Below are positions 38,421 through 47,931 of a stretch of 64,000 nt of DNA, in pieces. The position numbers were made by a program, and so were the translations under genes. The notes beneath the pieces are model-generated. The model ran no database searches. It saw only the letters and a program-made list of their open reading frames with translations, and was not told the DNA's origin. The stretch is taken from positions 3,424,001 to 3,488,000 of the forward strand of contig OY764159.1 in NCBI GenBank assembly GCA_963668175.1, read 5' to 3'. This DNA is from Syntrophales bacterium. GTDB lineage: Bacteria; Desulfobacterota; Syntrophia; Syntrophales; PHBD01. Position 1 is the stretch's first letter. Each line of letters begins with the position of its first letter.

Positions 38421-39797
38421 CTATTTCCAGTTGAGCTCAGGCCAAACCTGCCGCAAAACCTTTTCACTTTCTTGATTTGAGCAAAACTCGCAGTCCTGAA
38501 GTCTTCCATGTTTTCGCCGCAGCAGTTTATGTGGCGGCCGCCACGGATCGAGAGCAAGATAATTTTCGTTCATATTTCTCTGATCAATATCAAACCGAAT
38601 TAGTTCAAGCGCCAGTAACGCGCCAGCTAAATTCGAGATGAACGCAAATGGAGCTAATGATTGCTTGCCAGCGGCCGTTATTAATTCTCCGACTCCACAT
38701 AAAGATTTAAACAAAGTGTCAAAAGAGGTTCCAAGAAGAGCATCTTCGATCAGATTAGGATGGATTGCTGCAAGCTTATGCGCGATTGTCTTATCAATAA
38801 ATCCTTTTTGTACATCATCTAAAGAAATTCCCAAAGCTTCCGCTAAATGGCGCTCACGCTGATTTTCCTGCGGAATATGGGCGTAAATACAGGATAAACA
38901 TGCATTTAAATTTGGCTGACGATGGGAATGTATAATAATCTCAGAAATGTCTGTTGTTGACGCATCCAGGACCTCTACTGGAAGTTCATTTTGTATTGAT
39001 CTACGAGCACGACGACTATCAACCGTCGTAATTACCCTTCTCACTCTCTGGTCAGGTCTCGTTTTCCTGAAGTCGATAAAATTTCCCACATAGGCTTTCA
39101 CTTCCAATTCTCGGAATTTGGCTCTTGATGCTAGAATTTCAGCTTTATAATTGTGGTCCACATCTTCTGGCGAGAAGAAAAAACATCTGTTCAGGTTTCC
39201 CGAGCTTACTCTTTTGGGATCAACGACGAAAAGTCGGCCTTTTAGGGGTAAATGCTGAGCCGCCCATATGAAGCCGTTTGCTACACCTCCCGCCCCAACA
39301 AGCACTGCGTCGTCGATGGTAATATATTTTGAGAGGTTTTCCATTGGAAGGCCAACATTTTCAAAAATAAATATGAAAGGGTCTGGACTATTCGCGAATC
39401 TATCACCTCCGATAGTACGGGCGAGAACATAACCTGCCGCGAAGCAGGATGAAATCTTGCGCGTCAGATCGGGTACTGTCGCAACTTCAATGGAGTTAAG
39501 AGACGTTGCCGTATGAACTCTCATCTCTTTTTCCGTGACGGTCATCATTAACTTCAAAGATGCGTCCGTCAAGGGTTTGCAGCCAATTGCAAGCTCAATG
39601 TCACATTCTTCTCCCTCCGATACTATTTGTATGGTCCGCCTTAATAATTCAGAAATATCCGTTTTAAATGCAGCCGCTGACTCTCCAGTGCCTGCGGATA
39701 CTGCAGCTCTGAAATCAAGTCGCCTAGCAGCTTCGTCCTCGGAAATACCGGCAAGGCTCATCAATGTCCTTATGTTCTCAGTTTGGGCATCCATCAC
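38421..39797 (-). CDS. E1-like ThiF adenylyltransferase (BubD/BilD-like)
   Basis: LVGAGGV, SNLNR-like SGNLNRC, TVDSRRAR, CLSC and CEFC Zn pairs, candidate catalytic SLCG. Confidence 0.88.
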   Translation of the reverse strand: MMDAQTENIRTLMSLAGISEDEAARRLDFRAAVSAGTGESAAAFKTDISELLRRTIQIVSEGEECDIELAIGCKPLTDASLKLMMTVTEKEMRVHTATSLNSIEVATVPDLTRKISSCFAAGYVLARTIGGDRFANSPDPFIFIFENVGLPMENLSKYITIDDAVLVGAGGVANGFIWAAQHLPLKGRLFVVDPKRVSSGNLNRCFFFSPEDVDHNYKAEILASRAKFRELEVKAYVGNFIDFRKTRPDQRVRRVITTVDSRRARRSIQNELPVEVLDASTTDISEIIIHSHRQPNLNACLSCIYAHIPQENQRERHLAEALGISLDDVQKGFIDKTIAHKLAAIHPNLIEDALLGTSFDTLFKSLCGVGELITAAGKQSLAPFAFISNLAGALLALELIRFDIDQRNMNENYLALDPWRPPHKLLRRKHGRLQDCEFCSNQESEKVLRQVWPELNWK

Positions 39798-40255
39798 GGT
39801 TCAATTCTTACTACTGATAGAAAATTAACGGCCATCCACTTATCTTCCGCAGATAACTGAAACGTTGCGACTTTTTTTTCAAAATTTTTTTCGTCTATAC
39901 GGCTAGCAAAATAAGGTACAACAATTGAAATGGCCCCAGCATGCCGCAATATTGCCCATCTGTCGTCGGCAATAGAGTGGAAGGCTTTTCTGGGATGAGA
40001 ATGAACCTGCGCAACAATTCTCGTTCGCGTTTTCCGAAGATACCCCATGAGCTCACGCATTGAAGCCGGAGGAATCCTAAAATAATCAATGTCAACTTCC
40101 TGTTGAGGTTTATAAACTTCCAATACACGAAATACTTTGTTCTCCTCAATTCCCAGCCATAGCACAACTGTTTCGCAATAGACTTTCCCGCCTTCTCGCA
40201 GAATGCTTAATGTCTCGCTTACGACCTTCCGGTGACAAATCACGTCGTTTCTCAC
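39794..40255 (-). CDS. JAB/Mov34 metallopeptidase (BubC/BilC-like)
   Basis: CETVVLWLG, QVHSHPRKAFHSIADD (HxHx7Sx2D); GTG start overlaps the E2 stop. Confidence 0.9.
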   Translation of the reverse strand: MRNDVICHRKVVSETLSILREGGKVYCETVVLWLGIEENKVFRVLEVYKPQQEVDIDYFRIPPASMRELMGYLRKTRTRIVAQVHSHPRKAFHSIADDRWAILRHAGAISIVVPYFASRIDEKNFEKKVATFQLSAEDKWMAVNFLSVVRIEP

Positions 40256-40680
40256 GAATCTACAGATCTCCTCCATGCGCGACTGAGCTGATCCAATAAA
40301 CCGGGCAGATTCATGCCATCCTGTTTCCGATATGTTTCCCAAGGATCATTCAAATGGCCGGGATGGTTATGATACTCACGGATTCCCCGCATACAAATGA
40401 ATGGCCTTTGCACTAGGGGATGTAAATCCGGGTGAAATATATTACCAGGCAAACTTTGAGCGGGCTTGGCACCATCGGGTTCGAGTAATTCCGCCGAAGG
40501 AGGCTGCTCATCCCAATCATCACATGTAAATCGAACACGCAACGGTCGACTTCCCAGAAACGTAACGTCAATAATTGGGAACTCACATGTGTGAAGTTCC
40601 CAGTTGCGATTGGCTATTAACCTCGGGGAAATAAGAACGGCGTCGCGATCAAAGTTCGCCCTTGCTAATACTTCATGCAC
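40252..40680 (-). CDS. Prokaryotic E2-like protein (BubB/BilB-like)
   Basis: DDWDEQPPS, HP...RPFICMRGIREYHNHPGH; GTG start overlaps the Ubl stop. Confidence 0.8.
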   Translation of the reverse strand: MHEVLARANFDRDAVLISPRLIANRNWELHTCEFPIIDVTFLGSRPLRVRFTCDDWDEQPPSAELLEPDGAKPAQSLPGNIFHPDLHPLVQRPFICMRGIREYHNHPGHLNDPWETYRKQDGMNLPGLLDQLSRAWRRSVDS

Positions 40681-40966
40681 CGCCGCCACCTTCTTTTTTA
40701 TGCCACTCGATTTCAATTATTCCATGAAGATGATTGGCGTGAAAAGTCTTATGCGGGTCAATCGGCCGGTTTTCAACAAATGCTTCCCAGTCTGTTGTAT
40801 TGGTGAGGTGTAAATGCGCGGCTGCCGCCTCTAAAATCTTACCGACAACCTCCTCACTATACGATCGCTTATAATCGTCATCGTCTGGATATGTCCCACT
40901 AGGTGTAATTACGGCAACAGCAATTGGATGATTTTCTCCATGTTTATCATGATGATCGTGTTCCAT
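40673..40966 (-). CDS. Ubiquitin-like protein (BubA/BilA-like)
   Basis: 97 aa, beta-grasp-like pattern, C-terminus KKEGGGGA; RBS AAGGAGG. Confidence 0.8.
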   Translation of the reverse strand: MEHDHHDKHGENHPIAVAVITPSGTYPDDDDYKRSYSEEVVGKILEAAAAHLHLTNTTDWEAFVENRPIDPHKTFHANHLHGIIEIEWHKKEGGGGA

Positions 40967-41096
40967 TCGGGACCTCCTTAATCCTTCATGGTTGTTATGG
41001 TCACCTGCGGCTTGCTATTCTGTTAAGCCACAGCTTCAATCTGTTTCTACTTGCCTTTGCCGGTGAGGGTTGGAAATTCGGACATCGAGGAAATTT

Positions 41097-42020
41097 CTAT
41101 GGAACAAATAAATGGCGTCGTACTAGCCCACGGTATATGCCTAAAGTAAGAGCATCAAAACCATTGAAAAAACTTTCCATATGAAAAAGGTGTCGCTCAC
41201 CGTCACGCCCGGTAAAAATAACATCATCTTCTCCAAGGGGGCCACCACGTGCCCTTGACGCGTATCGCTGTATAGCAGTAAATACTTGGTTCTCCGTGAC
41301 ATCGCCAAAGCGATCACGAAAAGCAGGAGACTCAATGAAGTGACGACACGGTCTCGATGGATCGAAGTCAACTGCCAGATTTCTTGGGTGACCAGAAATG
41401 ACCCCAAATATGGGTTGATCCTTATGTGCTTCTTCAACAAGTCGCCAAAGAGTCATTGTGATAGTATTTCCGAACGTTTTGGCGAGGGTACGTGCTGTTT
41501 TTAAAGTTAAGGGAAGGTCTTGAGCCTCTTGGACAAAACGATCTCTCAAAAACAAGAGTTGTCCTGATCCAAAATTCGCCTCGGCTTCTAACTTCTCATG
41601 ACACGAGTGTCGTAATGTCTCTCCATCATCGCCATAGAAATAAGGACCGTGATGTGGGGTGATGCTGTGAATGATTTCATGGCTTTCCGCGTGGCGCTTT
41701 TTGAGATCGTGGATGCTATCGTCGATTAGAATGCGTTTGCGATCAGGAAGCCAAAGCGCTCTTAGTCCTGCCTTTTGGATTACATCGATAATGAGTGTCG
41801 GCCGCAACGCGAGTTGCTTAGCCCCCACTTTGATCCTACTAACGTACTCTCGAAGAGGGGCAGTTTGTACTGTGCTGTAAAATTGCCGGTCGAGCTCCAG
41901 CAGCTCTCGAACATCGCGAAGATCAAGTGGAGGCTCTGGATTCCCAAGTCCCCGGAGAACCTTGTCCACTTGATCCTTGATATCTTGAGCCGCATAGGGA
42001 TCGACCGGCAGATTCTTCAT
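41097..42020 (-). CDS. ImmA/IrrE (CapP-like) zinc metallopeptidase
   Basis: SHEIIH (HExxH), LEAEAN, HTH-like and GAF-like C-terminal parts. Confidence 0.85.
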   Translation of the reverse strand: MKNLPVDPYAAQDIKDQVDKVLRGLGNPEPPLDLRDVRELLELDRQFYSTVQTAPLREYVSRIKVGAKQLALRPTLIIDVIQKAGLRALWLPDRKRILIDDSIHDLKKRHAESHEIIHSITPHHGPYFYGDDGETLRHSCHEKLEAEANFGSGQLLFLRDRFVQEAQDLPLTLKTARTLAKTFGNTITMTLWRLVEEAHKDQPIFGVISGHPRNLAVDFDPSRPCRHFIESPAFRDRFGDVTENQVFTAIQRYASRARGGPLGEDDVIFTGRDGERHLFHMESFFNGFDALTLGIYRGLVRRHLFVP

Positions 42021-42559
42021 TGATCTGTATGCTCCCTCAGAAATCTCACAAACTGATTGAGAAGATTCTGCTCTTCCCGAGAGAGCTTGGAAATGTTTTG
42101 CGAACTCGCAGCAAAGCGTACGACTTCTTCTCGCACTTCTTCACTCACTTGCACAGCACCAGAAAGAACCACTAAAATCCTTGATGGCAACTTGAAATAC
42201 TGTTCTAACTGAAAAATCGTGCGCGGATTTGGGTCAAATGTTGGATCAAGCTCAATCTGTCGAAGTTCACCAACGTCAATTCGCGCTTCGGAGGCAAGTT
42301 GCTCAGGGGAGAGTCGCTCTCTACGTCGGAGCATCTGAATCAGCGTTCCAAGTCCCCGGTGCATGTCAGGTAGGTCATCGGTCTTTTCAACACTATCGAG
42401 TGCTCTCTTGACAACATCTCGACTTTCGTCTGCAAGAGAATCAAAGTCCTTGCTCGCGCCCTCAAGAGCCTCCCGGAGTTCCTGTTCAGATGCCTCGTGG
42501 ATAACATCTCTCAGTGCGCGATTTATCCTTACCTTTCTAATCCCTCCTGTTGATCTCAT
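42017..42559 (-). CDS. Xre-family HTH regulator with N-terminal helical extension
   Basis: LGTLIQMLRRRERLSPEQLASEARIDVGELRQIE. Confidence 0.85.
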   Translation of the reverse strand: MRSTGGIRKVRINRALRDVIHEASEQELREALEGASKDFDSLADESRDVVKRALDSVEKTDDLPDMHRGLGTLIQMLRRRERLSPEQLASEARIDVGELRQIELDPTFDPNPRTIFQLEQYFKLPSRILVVLSGAVQVSEEVREEVVRFAASSQNISKLSREEQNLLNQFVRFLREHTDQ

Positions 42560-42576
42560 TAAATAACCTCCCTTTC

Positions 42577-43116
42577 TTATAAATGTCGCACGTAATGGCG
42601 TCTAATTCTTTTCATGATAGTCTCATACTGTACTTTTCCTATGCCGAGTTCTTGTTGGATCTCGGACGCCGAAAAGCCCTCGCTTTTTAAAACTAGGAGG
42701 TCGCGAGCCATTTGATCTTCTTTAAATAAGTCTAGTATATTGTTTAGTTCTTCGTATGCTGATTGTCTTTCCAGAGGGTCAAACAATGGGCCTGCTATGT
42801 CAACTTCACGATCTTCAATCGATTCTGTACTGTGAGAAATGCTTGATTCAATTATATGTCCGGAATCGCTTTCCATTACCCTGTCCAAGTGTTTGATGAT
42901 AGATACGCTTTTGTTCCATCTCCTCCGACCGTCAAGTGTCTTCGTTATCGCTTCGTGTAGTAAATCATTGGGTTCGATAACCGAACCTTTCACGCGAGTG
43001 CGGCAAAAACTGCGTGCGATAAGGTTTAATTTAACATAATCCATCGGTCCGAGGGTCTCCATGGCCACTCGGGCTTCTTCACGTGTAGCGTACTGTTTAG
43101 CAATGTCAATTATCAT
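42577..43116 (-). CDS. ECF-type sigma-70 family factor
   Basis: Region 2 DLLHEAITKTLDGRRRW; region 4 EGFSASEIQQELGI...KRIRR; RBS AGGAGGTG. Confidence 0.75.
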   Translation of the reverse strand: MIIDIAKQYATREEARVAMETLGPMDYVKLNLIARSFCRTRVKGSVIEPNDLLHEAITKTLDGRRRWNKSVSIIKHLDRVMESDSGHIIESSISHSTESIEDREVDIAGPLFDPLERQSAYEELNNILDLFKEDQMARDLLVLKSEGFSASEIQQELGIGKVQYETIMKRIRRHYVRHL

Positions 43117-43326
43117 TTTCGCACACCTCCTACTACCTATTGCCCACAGCAAGGCGCATCACGGACATCGCAAGAGAATTTCTTTGATTTTTTAAACTCT
43201 CTATAAAGGTCAGTCCGCAGTTTATACAAAAATGTTTAAATTTACGAATTTGCTGATATTTAGAAGAAAGGATTTTAACATAATCTAGTACTCAATAGGG
43301 AATAATTCCAGCCTGCGATGAATTTT

Positions 43327-43520
43327 GTTACCATATCGGTTACCATTTTTTCTGAAAACTAAGGATATTTCAAAAGATTGACAGGGAGGGGACTTTTGGT
43401 AACAACAATTTATAACGTAATATATTTAGATCGTTATCAATCCAAAGCGCATTAAAGAAACCTATGAATAATGATGAGTATGGGACTCAAAATCCCCCCT
43501 TCCTTGGGTAAATGTCGGTT
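43327..43520 (+). mobile_element. att-site scar: arm-type repeats plus degenerate 3' half of tRNA-Leu(CAA)
   Basis: GTTACCAT at 43327 and 43339, inverted at 43397; anticodon arm GGGACTCAAAATCCC 43482-43496 followed by a decayed variable arm and TGTCGGTT. Confidence 0.55.
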
Positions 43521-43729
43521 TCAGCTTATGAGAAAAACCAGGAATCCCGCTTCTTCCTAGCCTATAAATAGTACCTTACGCCACATTCTCATACTTATGA
43601 ATCATTATACTATACATCGAACATCTTGTCAAGGTAAGCAAACAATTACAGATAGTTAGTTGACTTCAGTAGACCTATAATGTAATGCCTTTTTTCATTG
43701 TTCTCAATTTATCAAAAGGAGAGGGTATA

Positions 43730-44377
43730 ATGACAAAAGGTTACAGAGTAGTGAACTGGAGAAATGATCAGCGGCAAATTGTAGCATCAGAACTGATTCC
43801 TCAAGGGACGATCATCATGAAAGAAGATCCACTAGTTTGGGTGAAGACCATAAATCAAAGATACGATAATCATCCGTGGGATCTAACTGATTTATTGCTC
43901 AGCGATCGTTCAAAGTTTAATATTCTGATGAGCTGGAAATTACTGAATACTACGTTCGTACCGTGGGATAATTATGATGAAAGAATTTGTAAAAGGCTTG
44001 CAAATAATTTCCGTCTCGATAATCAAACTATCAGACATTTATATGAATTAATCTGCATTAATAATCTAAGTTGCTTTAGCAAAAAATACGAAGATATTAT
44101 AGGTTATGGCATTTTTCATAACCTAAGTTTCATAAATCATGACTGTACTCCCAATTCTTCAATATCAGCTGGTAACCCGACAAGGGGGGAAATGATGCTC
44201 ACGAGTGTGAAAGAAATAGAACAGGGTGAAAGCATCACGTTCACTTATCTATCCGATTTTGAGACAAAATTAAATATAAATTACAGAAGGAAAAGCATCG
44301 AATCACAATTCGGATTCATTTGCGAATGTAACCGTTGTTCGGCCGAGACCTCTTCTGATCGCGCACATCATTTTTAA
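43730..44377 (+). CDS. SET domain lysine methyltransferase (SMYD-like, with post-SET Cys motif)
   Basis: SFINHDCTPN, EIEQGESITFTY, FGFICECNRC. Confidence 0.88.
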   Translation: MTKGYRVVNWRNDQRQIVASELIPQGTIIMKEDPLVWVKTINQRYDNHPWDLTDLLLSDRSKFNILMSWKLLNTTFVPWDNYDERICKRLANNFRLDNQTIRHLYELICINNLSCFSKKYEDIIGYGIFHNLSFINHDCTPNSSISAGNPTRGEMMLTSVKEIEQGESITFTYLSDFETKLNINYRRKSIESQFGFICECNRCSAETSSDRAHHF

Positions 44378-44514
44378 TCAGTAGGTTGCCGGCTCAATTT
44401 CAACAGGGCTCACTAGATCAAGGGGCTGCGAATGTGACGCCTTCGGGCTTTTTGACAGAATCGTTGTGTTTTCTCATAATCATCTCGTTATCAATCAAAA
44501 TGATAATGAACATT

Positions 44515-44928
44515 ATCATCTAAGGAGATGACGAACATCATCGAAAGGGATGACAAAGTCTAAGAAAAAGCCTTCTGTCATCAAAAGGAATGACGAGCGG
44601 CAATTGAAAATTTATCTTCGCCGTCAGTGAATCCTACGTACAGCCGGATGATACTCTTTAACGTCCTTATCTTCGAGTTTGCGCAAGAAAATATCCGTTT
44701 CTGGTATGAAGAATAAGGTTAAAAAATGCGCTGCATATAAACCAGTTTAATCATCGAGGCGAAAAGAATTGGGGGGTTCGGTGCCGCATCATCTGATCGT
44801 TTCATATTCACACTCCTGCCACGCTACAGGGCAACTAAAAACCTCATGCCTCCGCTATGCTATGGTCTTCCGGACTTTTCTTTCAACCGTTATCAGAAGT
44901 GATAACGCTTGTCATCAATTGGGATGAC
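44515..44928. repeat. Second cluster of RTCATC-N6-(G/A)ATGAC palindromes
   Basis: 44515-44532, 44537-44554, 44577-44594, 44911-44928. Confidence 0.85.
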
Positions 44929-45556
44929 ATTCCCGATGCATCGCTACCAAAACACCGTCCACAATTGGCCTTTATTGACCGGTCTCAGGTCGCGGCAAAG
45001 CGCGCCACGACTCGATCGCTTCGTATAAGGGCCACCCTACGACGATACCCGGCAGGCTGAAGCCCTGTCCCTCTGTACACTAACCCGATAGCCAAGACAC
45101 TACCTGGGGCGGCGGGATCTTTGCTGTTTCAGATGATTACAGATGAACAACAAAGACCTGGAATAAGGGGGCTGCACAGCAGCTCCTTTAGAGCCGCGCC
45201 CCCTGCCCCTTGAGGGGCAGAGTTGGCGCGGCGAGCAGTCGCCTCCGTCCTGCTAAAAGCATTAGCGGCTTACGCCGCTGTAGCCGGCACAAGGCCGGCC
45301 ATGATCTATTGTTAAGGGTGAAGGGATATTATTCATCGGAAGCCGTTAATCAGTCTGTGTGAAATAAAATATACACCCGTGGCCGGAGGCGCAGCCGAAG
45401 GCGAGGGGAACCCCCGGAGATCGGGGGTAGGGGGCTGTGAGGTTTTAATCTTTTATCTCTATATTTTTTAGTTAAAGGCAGGCGCGTCACCTGTAAATAT
45501 GTGTAAACAATGCATGGACGTCCAACTGGCTGATATCGTGAGTTTGTAGCTTTACT

Positions 45557-45632
45557 GCATGTCCTTTTTCGGACTTCGCTATGTCCATTTTCGGAGCTCA
45601 TTATGTCCGTTTTCGGAGGTCACTGTGTCCAT
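45557..45632 (+). repeat. Iterons of a plasmid origin (22-bp period)
   Basis: ATGTCC.TTTTCGGA at 45559, 45581 and 45603, partial GTGTCC at 45625; adjacent AT-rich tracts; directly upstream of rep. Confidence 0.85.
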
Positions 45633-45645
45633 GATAAATTAATAA

Positions 45646-45703
45646 TGGCATATAAATGCCAATGCAGAAAAACTATTGACATAGTAAAAAAAAGTGATAG
45701 AAT
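45646..45703 (+). promoter_or_regulatory. rep promoter with upstream palindrome
   Basis: TGGCAT-ATAA-ATGCCA 45646-45661; TTGACA 45676 - 16 bp - TAGAAT 45698. Confidence 0.55.
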
Positions 45704-45725
45704 CAAGAAATAAAAGGTGATTATT

Positions 45726-46721
45726 ATGGTTGACTCTGAAATCATTAAAAAAGCAGGCCTGCCACAGGCGATAAATAAACACTCAGCTGCGATCCATATA
45801 TCTGGCAACGAGCTAACATTGCTGCAGAGAAAGGCCTTCAATATATTGCTGGCTAATGCCTATAATGAGTTGGAAACTAAGGAGAAGCATACTATTAGAA
45901 TTTGGGACATACTTAGTTGCACAGGATGGCACGATGCAGAAACGCTCAAGAAGGCTCTTGTTGCTCTCAGCACTACAGCCGTCCAATGGAACATCTTGCG
46001 TAAGGATGACGACCGGGAAAAGGGCACGAGTGAGTGGGGAGTGGCAACTTTGCTCGCCGAAGCAGTTATTACGGACGACACCGTTTTAACTTATGCATAC
46101 TCGCCGACCATGCGTAAAAAATTATTCAATCCAACCATATACGCACGAATCAATTTGGCGATGCAGAAAAAATTTGCCTCCAAATATTCTCTGGCTTTAT
46201 ACGAACTGGCGGTGGATTACTTCATTCGGGCTCGCGGGAAAGGCAGAACCGGATGGATCGTCCTGGATGATTTTAAAAGGATTCTTGGCTGCGAATACGA
46301 AAAGAAGTATAGAAGTTATGGCGAACTAAACAGGCATATCATTCAAAAAGCGATAAATGAGATAAATGACAAATCGGATCTTCAGGTCACATACGAAACG
46401 AAGCTGGCCCGTGGGAAAGGCCGGAAAGTCATTGCTGTGAAATTTGGAATTAGTCGGAATGAATACAAAACAGCTTATTTTGACAAGATGTACGGGCCGA
46501 AACACAAGGAACCAGATCTCGAAACCCAGCTGGCCAAGCGCCTCCGAGACGAATTCTTGCTTAGCGAGAACCAGGTGGTTTATGCGCTAGAGATGCATTC
46601 TGCCCGCATCATGGACATACTTGATGAGGTCAAAAAAAATAATGATGCCGGTTTGGTCGAAAACATCGGCAGTTACACGTGGGATAAGATCAAGAATAAT
46701 TACATTCCGCCCGCTCGATAA
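45726..46721 (+). CDS. Rep_3 (RepB-type) plasmid replication initiator
   Basis: LTLLQRKAFNILL, SKYSLALYE, FKRILG..Y..LNRHIIQKAINEINDKSDL..KGRKVIAVKF. Confidence 0.9.
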   Translation: MVDSEIIKKAGLPQAINKHSAAIHISGNELTLLQRKAFNILLANAYNELETKEKHTIRIWDILSCTGWHDAETLKKALVALSTTAVQWNILRKDDDREKGTSEWGVATLLAEAVITDDTVLTYAYSPTMRKKLFNPTIYARINLAMQKKFASKYSLALYELAVDYFIRARGKGRTGWIVLDDFKRILGCEYEKKYRSYGELNRHIIQKAINEINDKSDLQVTYETKLARGKGRKVIAVKFGISRNEYKTAYFDKMYGPKHKEPDLETQLAKRLRDEFLLSENQVVYALEMHSARIMDILDEVKKNNDAGLVENIGSYTWDKIKNNYIPPAR

Positions 46722-46799
46722 ATCAAAGATATCCTTGTTTCCTAGACAATAGACGTAAAAAAACCGTCAGCCGGGAATTCATACGCTATTGACATGTGG

Positions 46800-47189
46800 T
46801 CATTTCTCGTCGGCAAATCCAACATCATGTCGGCTCTTAAAATGGCGCACATTACTCTTAATCAGGTGTGTTTCACCACTTCTCCTTGGTTCGATGCATG
46901 CGAGGTCATAAAGAAATTCGCCATTATTTAAATTTTCCATCAGTCGTTTTATATCTTCGACTTTCCATGCAGTACAACGTGGTGATAACTTTACTGGTCT
47001 GGGGTACCTGCCAGACTTGACACCTGCCCACCAATTAGATCGAGAAATTGGGATGATAGGGGGAATTGGTGGGTCCGATTTCGGATCTCCTAGGATTTGC
47101 CATATGCGCAAATAGCCTGTTTGAGGTAAATAATTACTCCCATTATTCTCACTGATGTTACTGGATCCGATTTCCATTCCTGTACTCAT
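46800..47189 (-). CDS. AlpA family regulator / recombination directionality factor
   Basis: YLRIWQILG...PISRSNWWAGVKSGRYPRPVKLSPRCTAWKVEDI; start uncertain. Confidence 0.88.
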   Translation of the reverse strand: MSTGMEIGSSNISENNGSNYLPQTGYLRIWQILGDPKSDPPIPPIIPISRSNWWAGVKSGRYPRPVKLSPRCTAWKVEDIKRLMENLNNGEFLYDLACIEPRRSGETHLIKSNVRHFKSRHDVGFADEK

Positions 47190-47472
47190 TTTTCCGTCTA
47201 GCTGTTTCATAATCTTCGGTCTCCCGTTAAAATTCCCGTTTGCGCATGAGCAATAGTCGTTTATCCACTTTTCTATTCCTGTTACCATAGTGAGCGACAC
47301 AACTGGACGATCAATTTTGAATAGTCTTAACTAATCTTGGGTACAGGCTTTGGGGCGTCGAGTCAGTTGATGGAATTAAGCACCCCTATTTCTTGCGGTA
47401 GAAATGCGGTAGTTGTAAAATCAGACAGTTACGATATGATTTATAAATTTTATCAATATTTTCAACACTAAA

Positions 47473-47499
47473 ACGCGGGTTCGACTCCCGCCGCCCCCA
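47473..47499 (+). mobile_element. tmRNA (ssrA) 3'-end duplication, att scar 1
   Basis: ACGCGGGTTCGACTCCCGCCGCCCCCA is a T-arm plus acceptor strand with no 5' part. Confidence 0.75.
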
Positions 47500-47530
47500 G
47501 AATGTTAATCGATAAAGTCCAACGAAGTGC

Positions 47531-47560
47531 AAAACCCGCTAAAAACAGCGGGTTTTTTGT
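47531..47560 (+). terminator. Intrinsic terminator
   Basis: AAAACCCGCT-AAAAAC-AGCGGGTTTTTT. Confidence 0.75.
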
Positions 47561-47616
47561 TGGGTTGCTCGATCTTTTCCGTTGACAATTGTATACGTCT
47601 GCGATATACATGATCC

Positions 47617-47931
47617 ATGGATACCGGGGACATCATATCTCGATGCACCGGCTTCGACTGGGATGACGGGAACCTGCTTAAAAATTGGGAGAAGCACGGT
47701 GTATCGGCATCGGAATGCGAGCAGGTATTTTTCAATTTACCGCTCGTCGCAAGTCCCGATGTCGGGCATTCCGGGCAAGAGGCACGGTATTATACGTTAG
47801 GAAAAAGCGACGCCGGCAAATACCTTTTTATCGTTTTCACGGTAAGGAACAACCTGATACGGGTCATCTCCGCGAGAGGCATGAGTCGCCGGGAGAAGGA
47901 GGCTTATAAACACCATGAAAAGAATACCTAA
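47617..47931 (+). CDS. brnT: BrnT family toxin
   Basis: GFDWDDGN..KNWEKHGV...HS..EARY..LG...IRVISAR. Confidence 0.92.
   Translation: MDTGDIISRCTGFDWDDGNLLKNWEKHGVSASECEQVFFNLPLVASPDVGHSGQEARYYTLGKSDAGKYLFIVFTVRNNLIRVISARGMSRREKEAYKHHEKNT

Noticed and set aside
43482..43520. Functional tRNA-Leu
   Set aside because: No acceptor or D arm, and the T arm is decayed.
45646..45661. Sigma-54 promoter
   Set aside because: GG and GC are 9 bp apart rather than 10; better read as a palindrome.
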